A DNA stretch of 63,766 bases, counting the filler, from Octopus bimaculoides (taxonomy: Eukaryota): NCBI RefSeq assembly GCF_001194135.2. It is 4 parts of 4 records of this genome, joined end to end, with 100 filler letters (N's around TTAATTAATTAA, not from the genome) between each part and the next. Parts side by side here need not be neighbours in the genome. Positions count along the whole stretch, not along the records: positions 13,660 to 39,073 come from NC_068983.1; 3 more parts are not named here. One strand, given 5' to 3'. Of the stretch, positions 24,181 to 36,818 are shown piece by piece. A model generated the notes under the pieces. That model did no database searches. It was not told where the DNA came from and saw nothing but the letters and a program-made list of their open reading frames with translations. The position numbers were made by a program, and so were the translations under genes. Positions within the stretch are counted from its first letter, which is position 1. Each line of letters begins with the position of its first letter.

Positions 24181-24407
24181 AGTGTGTGTGTGTGTATGCG
24201 TATGTGTATGTGTGTATCAATGTGTGTACCATTGTGTTTGTGTTTCTTTCCAACTACCACTTGCCATCCGGAGGTAGATGTGTTTATATTCTCGTAACGT
24301 AGCGGCTCAGCAAAAGAGACCGATAGAATAAGTACTATGCCTAAAACCTTTCAAAATAGTGCTCCAGCATGGCCGCAGTCAAATGACTGAAACAAGTAAG
24401 AGAATAA
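23713..24407 (+). mobile_element. SINE family B, full length with gapped internal microsatellite
   Basis: aggcgcaggcgttgttatgtggtaa head, ttgggcaagtatcttttact core, (TA)n-gap-(TG)n, complete tail. Confidence 0.9.
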
Positions 24408-26369
24408 AAAATATGTATATTTATACACAGTAGAAGTAAACCCGCATGGTTTAGAGCACTTTAATGCTAAATGCTAAAACATTCTGTAGATTATTATAAA
24501 ACACGGATCAAAATCAGAAGACATTTATGAATAGGTTAGAATGTATGGAAGAAAAATAATCATCACAGTCAAAAGGCACAATAGATCAGAAATGAAATGG
24601 TGAAGGTCGATTCAATGCACCAAGAACTCGGTTCATCCTCTCTAGCAAAGGGTTTTGCAACTTGATAAAAGCTAAAAAATATGCGATCACTTACTGAATA
24701 GTTGATATAGAAGAAGACAATAAAACAAGAAGTAAACAGAACCTCCCCATACTGGAGCACAAGACACCGGAAGATTCCTGACAATATTTTCTATATGTGA
24801 CGAGAAAAAATTGATCCACTCCTCCGGATATTCTTGATTAACTCGTTATATCTTAATATTATTTTAGCTGGAGGTCTCACACTTGTATGTCTTATATTCT
24901 GGCAGTACTTGGTTTTTAGTAATTACTACCTCTGAGCAATATCCGTTGCACTACATCTACGTTATTTTATTTATAATTGCTGATTTTCATTGCATCGGAA
25001 TCTTCATCTACTTGTTGCTTCTTATATAGCACTTTCTATGTCACTGGAGATCAGCCTCATGGACTTGTGCAAAATCTCGTGAGAGGGTGTTTTGCTCATA
25101 ATTTTTCACTGTGCCTTTGCCTCGGTCTCAGCGTGGAAGATGAAGGAGACACTTCAATAGTTTTCGCTATTTCACTCTATATACAGAACACCTGTCCAGA
25201 CATCATTGATAGCTTCCCTTAACTGAAATGTGAGAACTGAACTGACCCTTCGTGAGATGAAAGCCAATAAGCTTTCCCTTTTCCCGCTTCTGAATATGAT
25301 TTTCATTTAACTGATACAGTTGTCATGAAAACAAATTAGTCACGTGTGCAGATCTGGAATAACCCGATAGTGTTTTGTTCTTTTTCTGAGATTTGAAATG
25401 GAAATCGAGTGACGCTGACTCCAGAGTAATTTCTTTCATAGGTGCATTTTTCACTTGGCAACGATTGTGTTTCTGTGTAGGTGTCAATGTTATCACTGTT
25501 GTTTTAGCTTAAAGCATTCACAGAATCATATTATTTTTGTCTTGATACAAGATCTTTTTCTCAAATCATGCGTACTGTTGTAAAGCCTGTATCTTAGTGT
25601 TTTTCTTCTGTGCATTCGTTGAAATGTTTTCGTTTGTCTTTCCTTTTTCTTCGATAAGCATAGCTTTGTTGACTAGTTCTTATTACGAATGCTGTCAAAC
25701 TTACAACCGACAAAAATCTTCGAATAAATTTAGAATAAAATTTGTTTTTTACGAAGAAAAATTAAATATAAATATTTGTCTTCTAGCATAGGGCTAATGG
25801 ATAAAAACCATGTAATAATATTAATCCAATTTCTTCTACAACAGAAGGTGTTATTACCCGTACAACTTCAGGTCGAATAAAAGAAAATAAAATATTCTGT
25901 AGAATACCTTATTTTGTTTTGAATAATAAAACTGGAAATTTTTGCACAAAGGCTTCTACGCATAAGACATTATCTAACTTTTTTAAATTCTCGGGAAAAC
26001 ATTTCTCCAGGAATAAACAAGTGGGAAGAAAAATACGTTAGTTCATGCTAAATACAAAAGTAACAATTATTGTTTCCAACATAGGCACACAGCTAAATAC
26101 GCTGTAGGGGAAGTATAAGCCGATTAAATTGTCCCGTTCTTCCCTTGTGTTTTAATAAAACACAATGTTATCTACCATTGGGGAATAAAAGGGTAAGCTG
26201 ATTTCAATAGAAATTGTAATCTTTATGCAATGCACCAGCTCAGTATATGCTTTCGCTTCGACTTCAATTTTTACTATTTATTGAGTTGTCAGTCAATTTC
26301 GTTCGTTTTTACCCCATTTACTTTAAACCTTAATTTTCATTAAAGATTTTAACAAACTTAGTCAACAGT

Positions 26370-26655
26370 ATATTATTCGTTATGGTTCACGACTTCTTGC
26401 CAATGTTCCACTACCGTGTCAATGCCTTCACAGAATAAATCACCGGATCTATACTTGAAAATTCTTCGAGCCACATTTTCAGATTCACTCATTGTTGAAT
26501 GAAACGCGTTGTAGACTGTTGGAAAGTAACCGGGAAAGGTGATATGTGATGGCTATATCAGGAGAATACGTTGGTACAGTAGAACATCACATCCGAGCTC
26601 TTAGATAGCATATTTTATCAAATTATCGATGTTGCTATTGCCTCAAGGTGAAGAA
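26370..26655 (-). mobile_element. Mariner transposase C-terminal relic
   Basis: Frameshifted translation ELGCDVLL..YSPDIA..YHLSRLLSNSL...FCEGIDTVVEHWQEVVN matches the mariner YSPDLAPSDY...W region. Confidence 0.8.
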
Positions 26656-27944
26656 AGTAACTGTGTTTGCGTGTGCATATTTTGTGCATTATTGTTTTAT
26701 TTTTGTTTTTGTTTTTTTTATTCTGTTGTTACTGCTGTCGTCATTTGCGATATAATTACGAATGTCTAGTTGAAAGTCAATATATTGTCTCTCATAAAAA
26801 TCATATTTTTTACACTTGAAAAAGGTATTTATTATGTTGAGGAATTAACTGTGCCATTTAAAAAAAATAATAATTTACTTTATTCTGTCTGCAAAAAACG
26901 TGTTTCTTACATCTGGAACGTTTTGAGGGAACGTGTTTATAAAAGCTGTAGCTGTTTTGTTTTTGATTATTATTATTTTTTTTTTTTGTGAGAGTTATGT
27001 TGGTGTGTGTTTGTGCATGTAATCTGTTTTTGTGTGTGCGTTTGTGTGTGTGCATGCGGCTGTGTGTGTCAGAGAGAGAGATAGAGTGAGAGAGAGAGAG
27101 TGAGAGAGAGAGAGAGTGAGAGAGAGAGGGAGCGTGTCGTAAAAAAAATGTTTCTCCTAAAATTAAAGTCGTTTTTCCCTGACAGGAAAGTTTTAATGCT
27201 ATCGCAAAATACAAAAGGGAAAGAAAAACAATCATAGTAATAATATACTTAGTTTATTTGCTAAAAGAACCTAAACATTNNNNNNNNNNNNNNNNNNNNN
27301 NNNNNNNNNNNNNNNNNNNNNNNNNNNNNNNNNNNNNNNNNNNNNNNNNNNNNNNNNNNNNNNNNNNNNNNNNNNNNNNNNNNNNNNNNNNNNNNNNNNN
27401 NNNNNNNNNNNNNNNNNNNNNNNNNNNNNNNNNNNNNNNNNNNNNNNNNNNNNNNNNNNNNNNNNNNNNNNNNNNNNNNNNNNNNNNNNNNNNNNNNNNN
27501 NNNNNNNNNNNNNNNNNNNNNNNNNNNNNNNNNNNNNNNNNNNNNNNNNNNNNNNNNNNNNNNNNNNNNNNNNNNNNNNNNNNNNNNNNNNNNNNNNNNN
27601 NNNNNTATATATATAAATACAGTATATATGAGGTTCGAAAGAGCTTCCTGTCGTATTGCAAGATGGGAATGAGACAAATGCTTCTTTGTCTTAATTGATA
27701 TATTTAATCCAGATAATATTACCTCCTGTTATTCAGAACATAACCTGACCTATTTGGCAACGTGTTAATCTCTGAGGCATAAATTCATCTAGGTTTCGAA
27801 TCAAAGAAATGCTCAATATCATTTTCAAACTCTTCAAAATTGATAAACTATTTTCACTCTAAAGAATCTTGCAATGATTTGAAAATATGATAGGAGAGAG
27901 TCAGGAGAAAATGAAGATGAAGCAAAACTTACGAGATGGCAGTT

Positions 27945-28194
27945 CACAGTTGCGTGCACAATGAGAGCAAGTGGCCTTCATGAGACTATGTGCCGTGAGA
28001 TATCGGTGAGTTTACTTCGCAAGTTGTAAAATTTGCTTTTGTGATCACGTGAATGCTGCAGTTTGCGATTTTGACATGGACTGGAAGCAGAAATAAAGAG
28101 CCAACATGAAATTTTGCGTTAAACTTGGGAAGTCTGCTACAGAGACATTCGTCATGCTTCGACAAGCTTACGGTGACAAGGAAATGGGTCGTAC
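27945..28194 (+). mobile_element. Mariner 5' end and transposase N-terminus (truncated)
   Basis: MDWKQK*RANMKFCVKLGKSATETFVMLRQAYGD from 28076, a typical mariner HTH start. Confidence 0.85.
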
Positions 28195-29040
28195 GTTGAC
28201 TGGATGTATTGCTCGCGGGAAACTCACGAGTGAGGAGGGCTCGATGACAGGATGCAGTGCCGTCGTGAAGTATTCAATTCCTTGCGCTCCACAACTATGA
28301 TCGCTTTGCTGAATATCCTCACTCAAACGCTCAAAATTGCCGTAGCAGAACTCTCGATTGACGGTTTGGCCTTGGGTGACGAATTCGCGATGAGAACATC
28401 GTGTCTTTTTCGCTCCAGGGTCATAGCCATAGATCCAATCCTCTTTTCACCGGTGATGATCTTCGATATGAAGGATGGGTCATTAGCCGCACGTTGACGG
28501 AGCTCTTGACAGACTACAACGTGATGTTAATTCCGCTCAGTGGTTAGCAGGTGGGGAATAAACTTTGAAGAGTCATGCCGCATGTTCATTTCAGACTTTA
28601 GGATTGCCTTCAAGGGCCCATACGATAGATCAACATCAATACTGTCGTTGACTGATCTCCGTCAATCCTCATGCCAAAGCTAATATATTTTCCCCGCATA
28701 TTCGTGGGTAATGCTCGTGGCAAGCCTTCCAGATAGCTCATCGTCTTTCAGGGAGGTTCTTCCGCTTTCGAAGTGCCCTTGCTACTCAAAACGTTGTGTA
28801 CGACCAATCGCCTCGTCGTCTTAAGTTTGCCGAAGCATGCTCAATGTCTTTATAGCCGACTTCCGAAGTTTAACACAAAATTTCACGTTGGCCCTTTCTT
28901 CCAACTTCCTGTTCATGACAAAATCGCAGAATTACGGCATATACGGGATCACAAAAAATTTACAATTTGCGAAGTAAACACAGTGGTGTCACTCGGCACA
29001 CTGCCTCATGAAGGTCACTGTTAGTTCTCATTGGGTGTGC
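28195..29040 (-). mobile_element. Mariner transposase pseudogene, 5' portion with internal deletion
   Basis: From 28916: MNRKLEERANVKFCVKLRKSA...KFIPHLLT...KIITG..WIYGYDP...EFVTQGQTVN...LHDGTASCH; multiple stops. Confidence 0.9.
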
Positions 29041-29049
29041 ATGTGTCTA

Positions 29050-29166
<117 letters not shown>

Positions 29167-29167
29167 G

Positions 29168-29305
29168 TACGACTGGCTTATAACGTCTATGAAATTCTCT
29201 CAAAAAGCATTGGTCAGGCCGGTGTTATAGTAGAAGACACTTGTCCAAGGTTTTGTGCTGTGATACCGAAACCTAAAGTACGTGGCTGCATAGCGAGTTC
29301 CTTAA
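29168..29305 (-). mobile_element. SINE family B 5' fragment
   Basis: Reverse complement contains ccttggacaagtgtcttctactataac. Confidence 0.7.
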
Positions 29306-30491
29306 ATATACGGTCATGCTTCCGCTCATATATTCTTTATTACAAAGTTTTAAAATTCTTTGAAAATTGTTATAAATGTAATGGTGACTACCGCCTTTAT
29401 GACTGCCACCCCTGGCTGCTAACACAAAATAATATACCAAGTAAAAGTATATATTTTTCCCACGTATATTTGTTTGTCCTTTTGTTGTTGTTATTTTTGT
29501 TTTTACACTGTGCAAATAAATTTTCTATAATTTTAGGTGAGGGTGACGCGTATTCTTCTTTTTTTTTTTTTTCGTGTTAGTGCTGCCACTAACTTGGTGA
29601 GCTTCTTTCCCACTCGCTCCATTAATAAAAATGGCTCTGTCAAATAGTGTAACGAAAACAAGTGGAGAAAACGTGATTTTAAATGTCCTTCCTGCCTTCA
29701 CTCCTCAAAAAAAAAATACATATATATAGAACTATGTAGAAATAAAGAAAACTGTAGAACCGACTCTCATCTTCTTTTTGTAATAGATTCACACTTTANN
29801 NNNNNNNNNNNNNNNNNNNNNNNNNNNNNNNNNNNNNNNNNNNNNNNNNNNNNNNNNNNNNNNNNNNNNNNNNNNNNNNNNNNNNNNNNNNNNNNNNNNN
29901 NNNNNNNNNNNNNNNNNNNNNNNNNNNNNNNNNNNNNNNNNNNNNNNNNNNNNNNNNNNNNNNNNNNNNNNNNNNNNNNNNNNNNNNNNNNNNNNNNNNN
30001 NNNNNNNNNNNNNNNNNNNNNNNNNNNNNNNNNNNNNNNNNNNNNNNNNNNNNNNNNNNNNNNNNNNNNNNNNNNNNNNNNNNNNNNNNNNNNNNNNNNN
30101 NNNNNNNNNNNNNNNNNNNNNNNNNNNNNNNNNNNNNNNNNNNNNNNNNNNNNNNNNNNNNNNNNNNNNNNNNNNNNNNNNNNNNNNNNNNNNNNNNNNN
30201 NNNNNNNNNNNNNNNNNNNNNNNNNNNNNNNNNNNNNNNNNNNNNNNNNNNNNNNNNNNNNNNNNNNNNNNNNNNNNNNNNNNNNNNNNNNNNNNNNNNN
30301 NNNNNNNNNNNNNNNNNNNNNNNNNNNNNNNNNNNNNNNNNNNNNNNNNNNNNNNNNNNNNNNNNNNNNNNNNNNNNNNNNNNNNNNNNNNNNNNNNNNN
30401 NNNNNNNNNNNNNNNNNNNNNNNNNNNNNNNNNNNNNNNNNNNNNNNNNNNNNNNNNNNNNNNNNNNNNNNNNNNNNNNNNNNNNNNNNNN

Positions 30492-30552
<61 letters not shown>

Positions 30553-30849
30553 TGATGATGATGATTTCATCTATTTGCCACCAAATGGAACAATATAAAA
30601 CAGACATAGAGTGTAGGAGTTTACATATAATGAAATGATAAAGATAAATAAGCAAAAAAAAGTATACATGCTATATAACGAAAAGGAAGGAAAATATACA
30701 TATTATACAAAGATTTAAAAGAAAAAAAAAGGGGGAATATAGTGATGTAGTATCCCTGATTCAGAATGACCGCTAGGGATAATCGAGGAACCCCACTATC
30801 CAAGTTCTCCTTGAAGACCAAGGGCAAGTGCTCTCTTCAATTCCCTTTC

Positions 30850-31500
30850 TCTGACTCTCAGGTCTACACTTAGAGAGGTACCATCCACTCTTGCAATTTT
30901 TCGCAATTTTCATTCACATTTCAGTAAACTCACTCGAGGACAGCTCTTCTCTCTCCACCCTGAATTTCCTTTTCAAGTACAATTTGAAGTCCATTAGACA
31001 TCTACCAAATAGGAATGTATCTGTTCTCATGCCTTTCAGTCTTGTCCCCTATCCACCAGGGAAAGGAAAAGTGGCATGGCAATCATCACTATGGATTCGG
31101 CTGATAGACGGACACGTCCCACAGGTGACAGTAGCTATTTGACAGCCCGACAAGTCAGCAATACTCAGACACTGAACGAAGGCGTGCAGAACGATTTCGT
31201 CACTCTATGGGCACCTCAGGCAAGCCAGTCTGATAGCACATCCGTGCCTATAGAGTTTCTCTCGAACCAGTAGCGCCCTCCACTACTACCACCACCACCT
31301 TCACCCAGTAGCATTGTCAGGCCAAGGACATCTAGAAATTATCCATGATAGTTCCTAACTGGAAAGTCCTCCGGAACCGACGTCTAGAGCTTCCTCGATA
31401 GTGTCCTCACACTTCCCCGCCACTAATTCTCTATAAATTGCTAAAGTGGAACATCCACTAATCTCAATTCCCGAATGGTAGAGGACTGTGCGTGCCAATA
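30850..31500 (-). mobile_element. Tx1/L1-type LINE ORF2 C-terminal relic (zinc-knuckle region)
   Basis: STLAIYRELVAGKCED...ALLVREKLYRHG..LACLRCP*SDEIVLHAFVQC...FKLYLKRKFRVERE: CxxC...H...C knuckle. Confidence 0.75.
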
Positions 31501-32623
31501 ATTGATGGTACTACAAGGCATTTATCCGCAGCTCTAACGATTATAATAATTCACCGCCAATCATCCAGTCAAATAATCGCCATATTCGAATAGTGAAGCA
31601 GTTCTTGAGTCTATCCGATACCAATACCGTATCTGTGGAATTTAGGATGTCCCTCCTCCTCTGGCACTTCTATACCAGGGAATTTAAGGGGATTCTGAGC
31701 TGAAAAGCATCCAGAATAGACTGCAGTTTTGATCCGTATAGTCAAAAAGCACATATCGCACATATTCACTACTAACTCTGAAAATACAATGAATCACGTT
31801 TAACTTTTGCCCACTGCTAGACATGTGTGAGAATATCTGCCGGCAAGTCAAATGTCAAACACCTTATCTTTTAATATATGTTTAACAAAAAGATGACCAT
31901 AAAAGATAACCATAAATTGTGTTCCAGAAAATTCTATATCCATGGCGTACACCTGCACAGCATCAGCCAGAATATCATATAATCTCCGCTCAGTAGTCAT
32001 TGGCAACTGTTGTACCTACTTGTTAATGGTGCCTTTATTTGCCACTTTCGGTAGCAAGGGATGAAATATATTTAAATGCACTAGTGAATACAAAACATTT
32101 AGGGGAAAGACTTACGAAAATCAATAACAAATTCTTTCTCGCCGTTGTCATATTCAGTTACTCCATCTAATATGGCCATCAAGAGTTTCACTAGCGTGGC
32201 AAATATTAACGAGTCTTCAACAAAAGCCAATCAAATGAATCTCTTTCATATTTTATTCATCATACCGTCAATCAACACGGACATTAGAATGAAGATATGT
32301 TTGAAAAAACGCCCCAAACAAGAGTCAGAATAGTCACTTAGACTACTTTCACACCTTGTCATTAGTTTGGCGTCAATAAGTTCAGAATGTTCAACCTTGG
32401 TACATTCAATTGTGCTATTGTCATAGAATGTAAATTATATATATATATATATATACGCATAATGTGTGCGTGCGTGTGCATGTGTTGTGTGTGTGTACAC
32501 ATATACGTACACACACGCACACACACACACACACACATATACATATCTAATCTATATATATNNNNNNNNNNNNNNNNNNNNNNNNNNNNNNNNNNNNNNN
32601 NNNNNNNNNNNNNNNNNNNNNNN

Positions 32624-32661
<38 letters not shown>

Positions 32662-34493
32662 CCCTTTAGATATCCTACTTAATGTAATTATATTGTTGAA
32701 AGGCAACTTTACTGCGGTATTCGTCGAGAAGTACGCCTTTTATAAACGTGATGTGTTTATAAACATAGTATATATATGAGGAAGCCGAAAATTACACAGG
32801 AGTAGTTAGCGGGGGCACTAGATGCATATCAATGTCGTTGGGTTTTGGCAATGGCGTGCGCTTGCAACCTGCCAGGTGCTTAGACATGAATTGTCGGTCC
32901 TGGATACATAGGAGGAATGTGAATAAACCTTCACTAATGTCGTTAAAAGCTACCCGGCTGAATATAAATTCATTTAATGCAGTGGAAGCAGTATCAGATT
33001 AAAATAGCTATCTACGTATCATACTTAATGTAAAGATATCTTTGATAGACAATTCTCCAGAGATAAAACCTTTTTTACAGATGCGCAATTTTTCACACCT
33101 TTAATGCTTCTGTCAATGTTCTGATGAAAAACTAAACTCCGAAACATGAAGTCAGTGTCTCTTTCTATTAAAGTGTTATGCTAATCCTACATCTGTTAAT
33201 CTTTATTCTCTCTGTATTTCCTTTTTGTGTTCTTTGTATCTGCAACATGTATGAATGTTTATACACGCACATACACACACACATATCAATAGATTAAGAG
33301 AAATACGCTTAATGAGTATAATTATATGGAAAACGAGGTAAAGAGTACGAAGTAAGGAATGCGAAACAAACTAAATGAATTGGAATCGTAGGATAGTGTT
33401 ATCTTCACAGCTGTTTCGGGTGAACCATGACTTGTAGCGTAACTACATAATAAAGACGCATAATGTCGTAGGCGTATGCAATATCACATGTTGTAAAGGA
33501 GCCATTAAGCAAAGCCAACTCACCCTCAATGGAAAAAATATGGTTAAAGGCGTATTTGGTAGCAGTACTTAAAAAATGTATAGATTTAAACGGTATAATG
33601 GCAACAAATAACTAGAGGAAATGATGGGAAGAGGGAGAGGGGTAAAGTAACTTGAAAGGAATTAATACTATGAAAGTATCAGTTGATAATTAGAGAAAAT
33701 ACAGATAAATACATTATAATGGAAGGACGTGACTTTGAGGAGATTTTGTCATAGGGAGCTTTGTTAAGGTATGGACAATAGACGATAGATGGGAATGCTT
33801 GATGGTAGGTAATAAATGTCAGTAACATAGATTAGTAGATTCTAAGGAAAATCAAATGGTACTAAGAATATGGTGAGCACACAAGGATGGAGGTCTGCAG
33901 AGTAGAGGACGATGCACAGCGTGCAACTAAGAGAGGGAAGAAAAGTTTAAATATGTGAGAATTATGATAATGTATTACAGTTGCTAGAGGCAAGGAGTAA
34001 AACAAAAAAACAAATAGAGAAAGAAGCGGGATGATGTAAGCTAGTGAGAGATAGTTTTGTACCTCTATGCGTATGGAAATTACGTCGGAGAAGCGATTTA
34101 CTAAGGAGACGTAGTCGTTGCATAATATAGCAAATGATTCACGGCAGCATAATTGACAGGGTCATCGATTTCCTGTGGAGGGGGTTTCCACCACAAACTA
34201 TGAAATAAAACAGGTGATAGGGTATGCCCTCGGCTTGGAAATGGTGTATGTGAGTGACGAGGGAGGTAGATAGTTTCTGGGCTCTGGTGGAGAAGAGCTC
34301 AGATATGCAAAATAATCTCACTTAAAATCAAAACGTAATACCAATGTAAGCCCTGATGGAGTGGGTCTATGGGGTGGTGAAAATACATTATGTACGATAT
34401 TACGGCCCACGTAGCTGCCACTTAAATGAAAGGTACCAGGTACTCTGAAATTGCACGTTTCTTCATAGCAGGCTGAATGCAGTCCATTAGTAT

Positions 34494-34878
34494 GTCGTTG
34501 GCACTCCGTCGCTTACGACGTTGAGGGTTCCAGTTAATCCGGTCAACGGTACAACCTGCTCGTGAAATTAACGTGCAAGTGGCTGAGCACTCCACAGACA
34601 CGTGTACCCTTAGCGTAGTTCTCGGGGATATTCAGCGTGTCACATTGTGACAACGCTGGCCCCTTTGAATTACAGGTACAACAGAAACAGGAAGTAAGAG
34701 TGAGAGAAAGTTGTGGTGAAAGAGTACAGCAGGGTTCGCCACCATCCCCTGCCGGAGCCTCGTAGAGCTTTAGGTGTTTTCGCTCAATTAACACTCACAA
34801 TGCCCGGTCTGGGAATTGAAACCGCGATCCTATGACCGCGAGTCCGCTGCCCTAACCACTGGGCCACTGCGCCTCCAC
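34494..34878 (-). mobile_element. SINE family A, full length
   Basis: Head gtggaggcgcagtggcccagtggttagggcagcggactcgcggtc with A and B boxes; body and tail shared with 50031-50362; tail also shared with 40081-40394. Confidence 0.92.
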
Positions 34879-35638
34879 TAATCATTAGTAATATTAGTGT
34901 CAATAAAATCATCATAGGTATTGATAAATATAATAGTAGTTATTGGAAACGTTATGCAATACTCAGCGTTGGTATTTAGTCACCTCACTTACTGAAGTAA
35001 GAGCGGTATTATCTTGTTTAGTATCTTTATTATCTTGGAGTATCTTGTTTAGTATGGTTAATATTGTCATACATCATATTACAGATAAAGTTGGTAACAT
35101 ACATTTTGCACTGTGGGTGATATCAAGTAATGTTACATCCGTAATTAATTTATGTTATTCATATTGATAACATATTTATTGTAAACATACAAACCAGAAT
35201 GTGTTTTATTTATTTTATTTTAAACGATAAATATTTCCAGTTTGAAAATCAGTATTAATTTCAATGTTTTATAAAAGAAAAAAATACAAGCAAATTTCCA
35301 AAAGAAAATTGTAATTCCTGAACGTATAAATATTGTTATTAGCCACAATGGTAAAATTATATTCCGCGTACATATATATCCACGCGCAACACTCACGCGC
35401 AAACACAAAACATAACACAGACACACATAAATATAAATGTCTGCTTCAATGCAGAAATAGAAATCATAAATTTTTTATTGCTATGAGAGACACCTAGAAA
35501 GAGTACATCAAAATGTGAATGCAGCGTACTTTAAATTATATGTTTTGATTTTAATATTGCTCTGTTTCAGTACCTGAACTTGTTTCTGAAATTCATCCAT
35601 ACGTATATATTAGTGTGTGTGTGTGTGTGTGTGTGTGC

Positions 35639-35692
<54 letters not shown>

Positions 35693-35949
35693 GTGTGTGT
35701 GTGTCTGCCTGTCTGTCTGTCTGTCTGTCTGTGAGTGTGTGCGTGCGAACGTGTGTAAAAGACTCTTATAGAGTAAAATTATAAGAGAGGAAAACATATA
35801 ATCCATAATTTTTTTTTTTTTTTTGCCCTTTGCCTTTTGCCACCATACAATCTTTTTATTTCATTCCGATCTCTATTGCAGCAAGTCCACTTAATCTACC
35901 CTCTTTGGGGAGAATAATTCTCCCCAACAATTCGGAAAACCTACAATGG

Positions 35950-36330
35950 AATACTATTCTTTCAGCTGGTACGCTGCTGCAGTGCACACACGAATATCCA
36001 AAGAAGACTGCCTGGCTAATTTTCTAGCAAAATCTCCGCGCTGCACCGAAGTACCGTCTCCTCTCCACACAGTTTATTTCTACTTTTGAATAGCTAGTGA
36101 TACAACAGAATAGAGATGGGGCAGCTGCGTAGAATCCCAACTGCCTACTCGACACACCTACACCTCCTTCTCTCAACATTCCTATTTTGTGTCAGCACCT
36201 ATGCTCCACAGTAACAACTCGACCAAAACATTGTACTCAGAAATTTGAGCTTCTAAAATGCTCTCAGAATCTAAGATTGTAACAGCAGACTTTTCCTCAA
36301 CAGTCCGGGTGTATTTATGACATTTGTACT
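35950..36330 (-). mobile_element. Possible degenerate APE-endonuclease fragment of a LINE
   Basis: DSESILEAQISEYNVL...RNV..GGVGV-like segment across frameshifts; weak. Confidence 0.3.
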
Positions 36331-36662
36331 CAGCGCATGATCACAGCTCACTCTCCTTACCAAACCATAGAAGACTAACACATTGAATAAACTCAGGGAA
36401 ATAACAAAAATAAACCAATGTTGTCAGTTTGTATAAAATAGATAACGAATGATGTACTGAATGTTGTATGTCAAAGCATGTTTAATTAAATGTGATATCT
36501 TGCTTAGTTGAAGAAAAAAAAAAGATATGGAAGTGTTATCGACTCTTCAAGAAATATGAAGAATATTTCGAGAAACCGTGGTTCAGTATTTTATAGCAGC
36601 TAACTTTATTCTTAGGGACAGATCATTCTGATCTTCTTTTTCATAAAAAGAAATCCGTGAAC

Positions 36663-36710
36663 ACGTTTCTGTGTATTACACATCATCAGAATAATAGCTT
36701 CATTTTACGC
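36663..36710 (-). ncRNA. Hammerhead-like motif with intact core, closure ambiguous
   Basis: CUGAUGA UGUGU-AAU-ACACA GAAACGU; a type-III closure with upstream GCGUA and AAUGA/UUAUU is possible. Confidence 0.4.
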
Positions 36711-36793
36711 CATCATGAATAATTGTATATCTCCCCACAATGTTTCTACATTGCCGTTCATTACCCTTATATTGGTTTGTATTTCTCTTGCAG

Positions 36794-36818
36794 GACTTCT
36801 CGCCACCATATTCACCAG
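36794..36818 (+). CDS. Candidate 25-nt micro-exon
   Basis: Strong ggtttgtatttctcttgcag| acceptor and CAG|gttagt donor; all three frames open. Confidence 0.4.

Noticed and set aside
33121-33155. CTGATGA...CTCCGAAACATG hammerhead relic
   Set aside because: Stems I and II need several assumed back-mutations.
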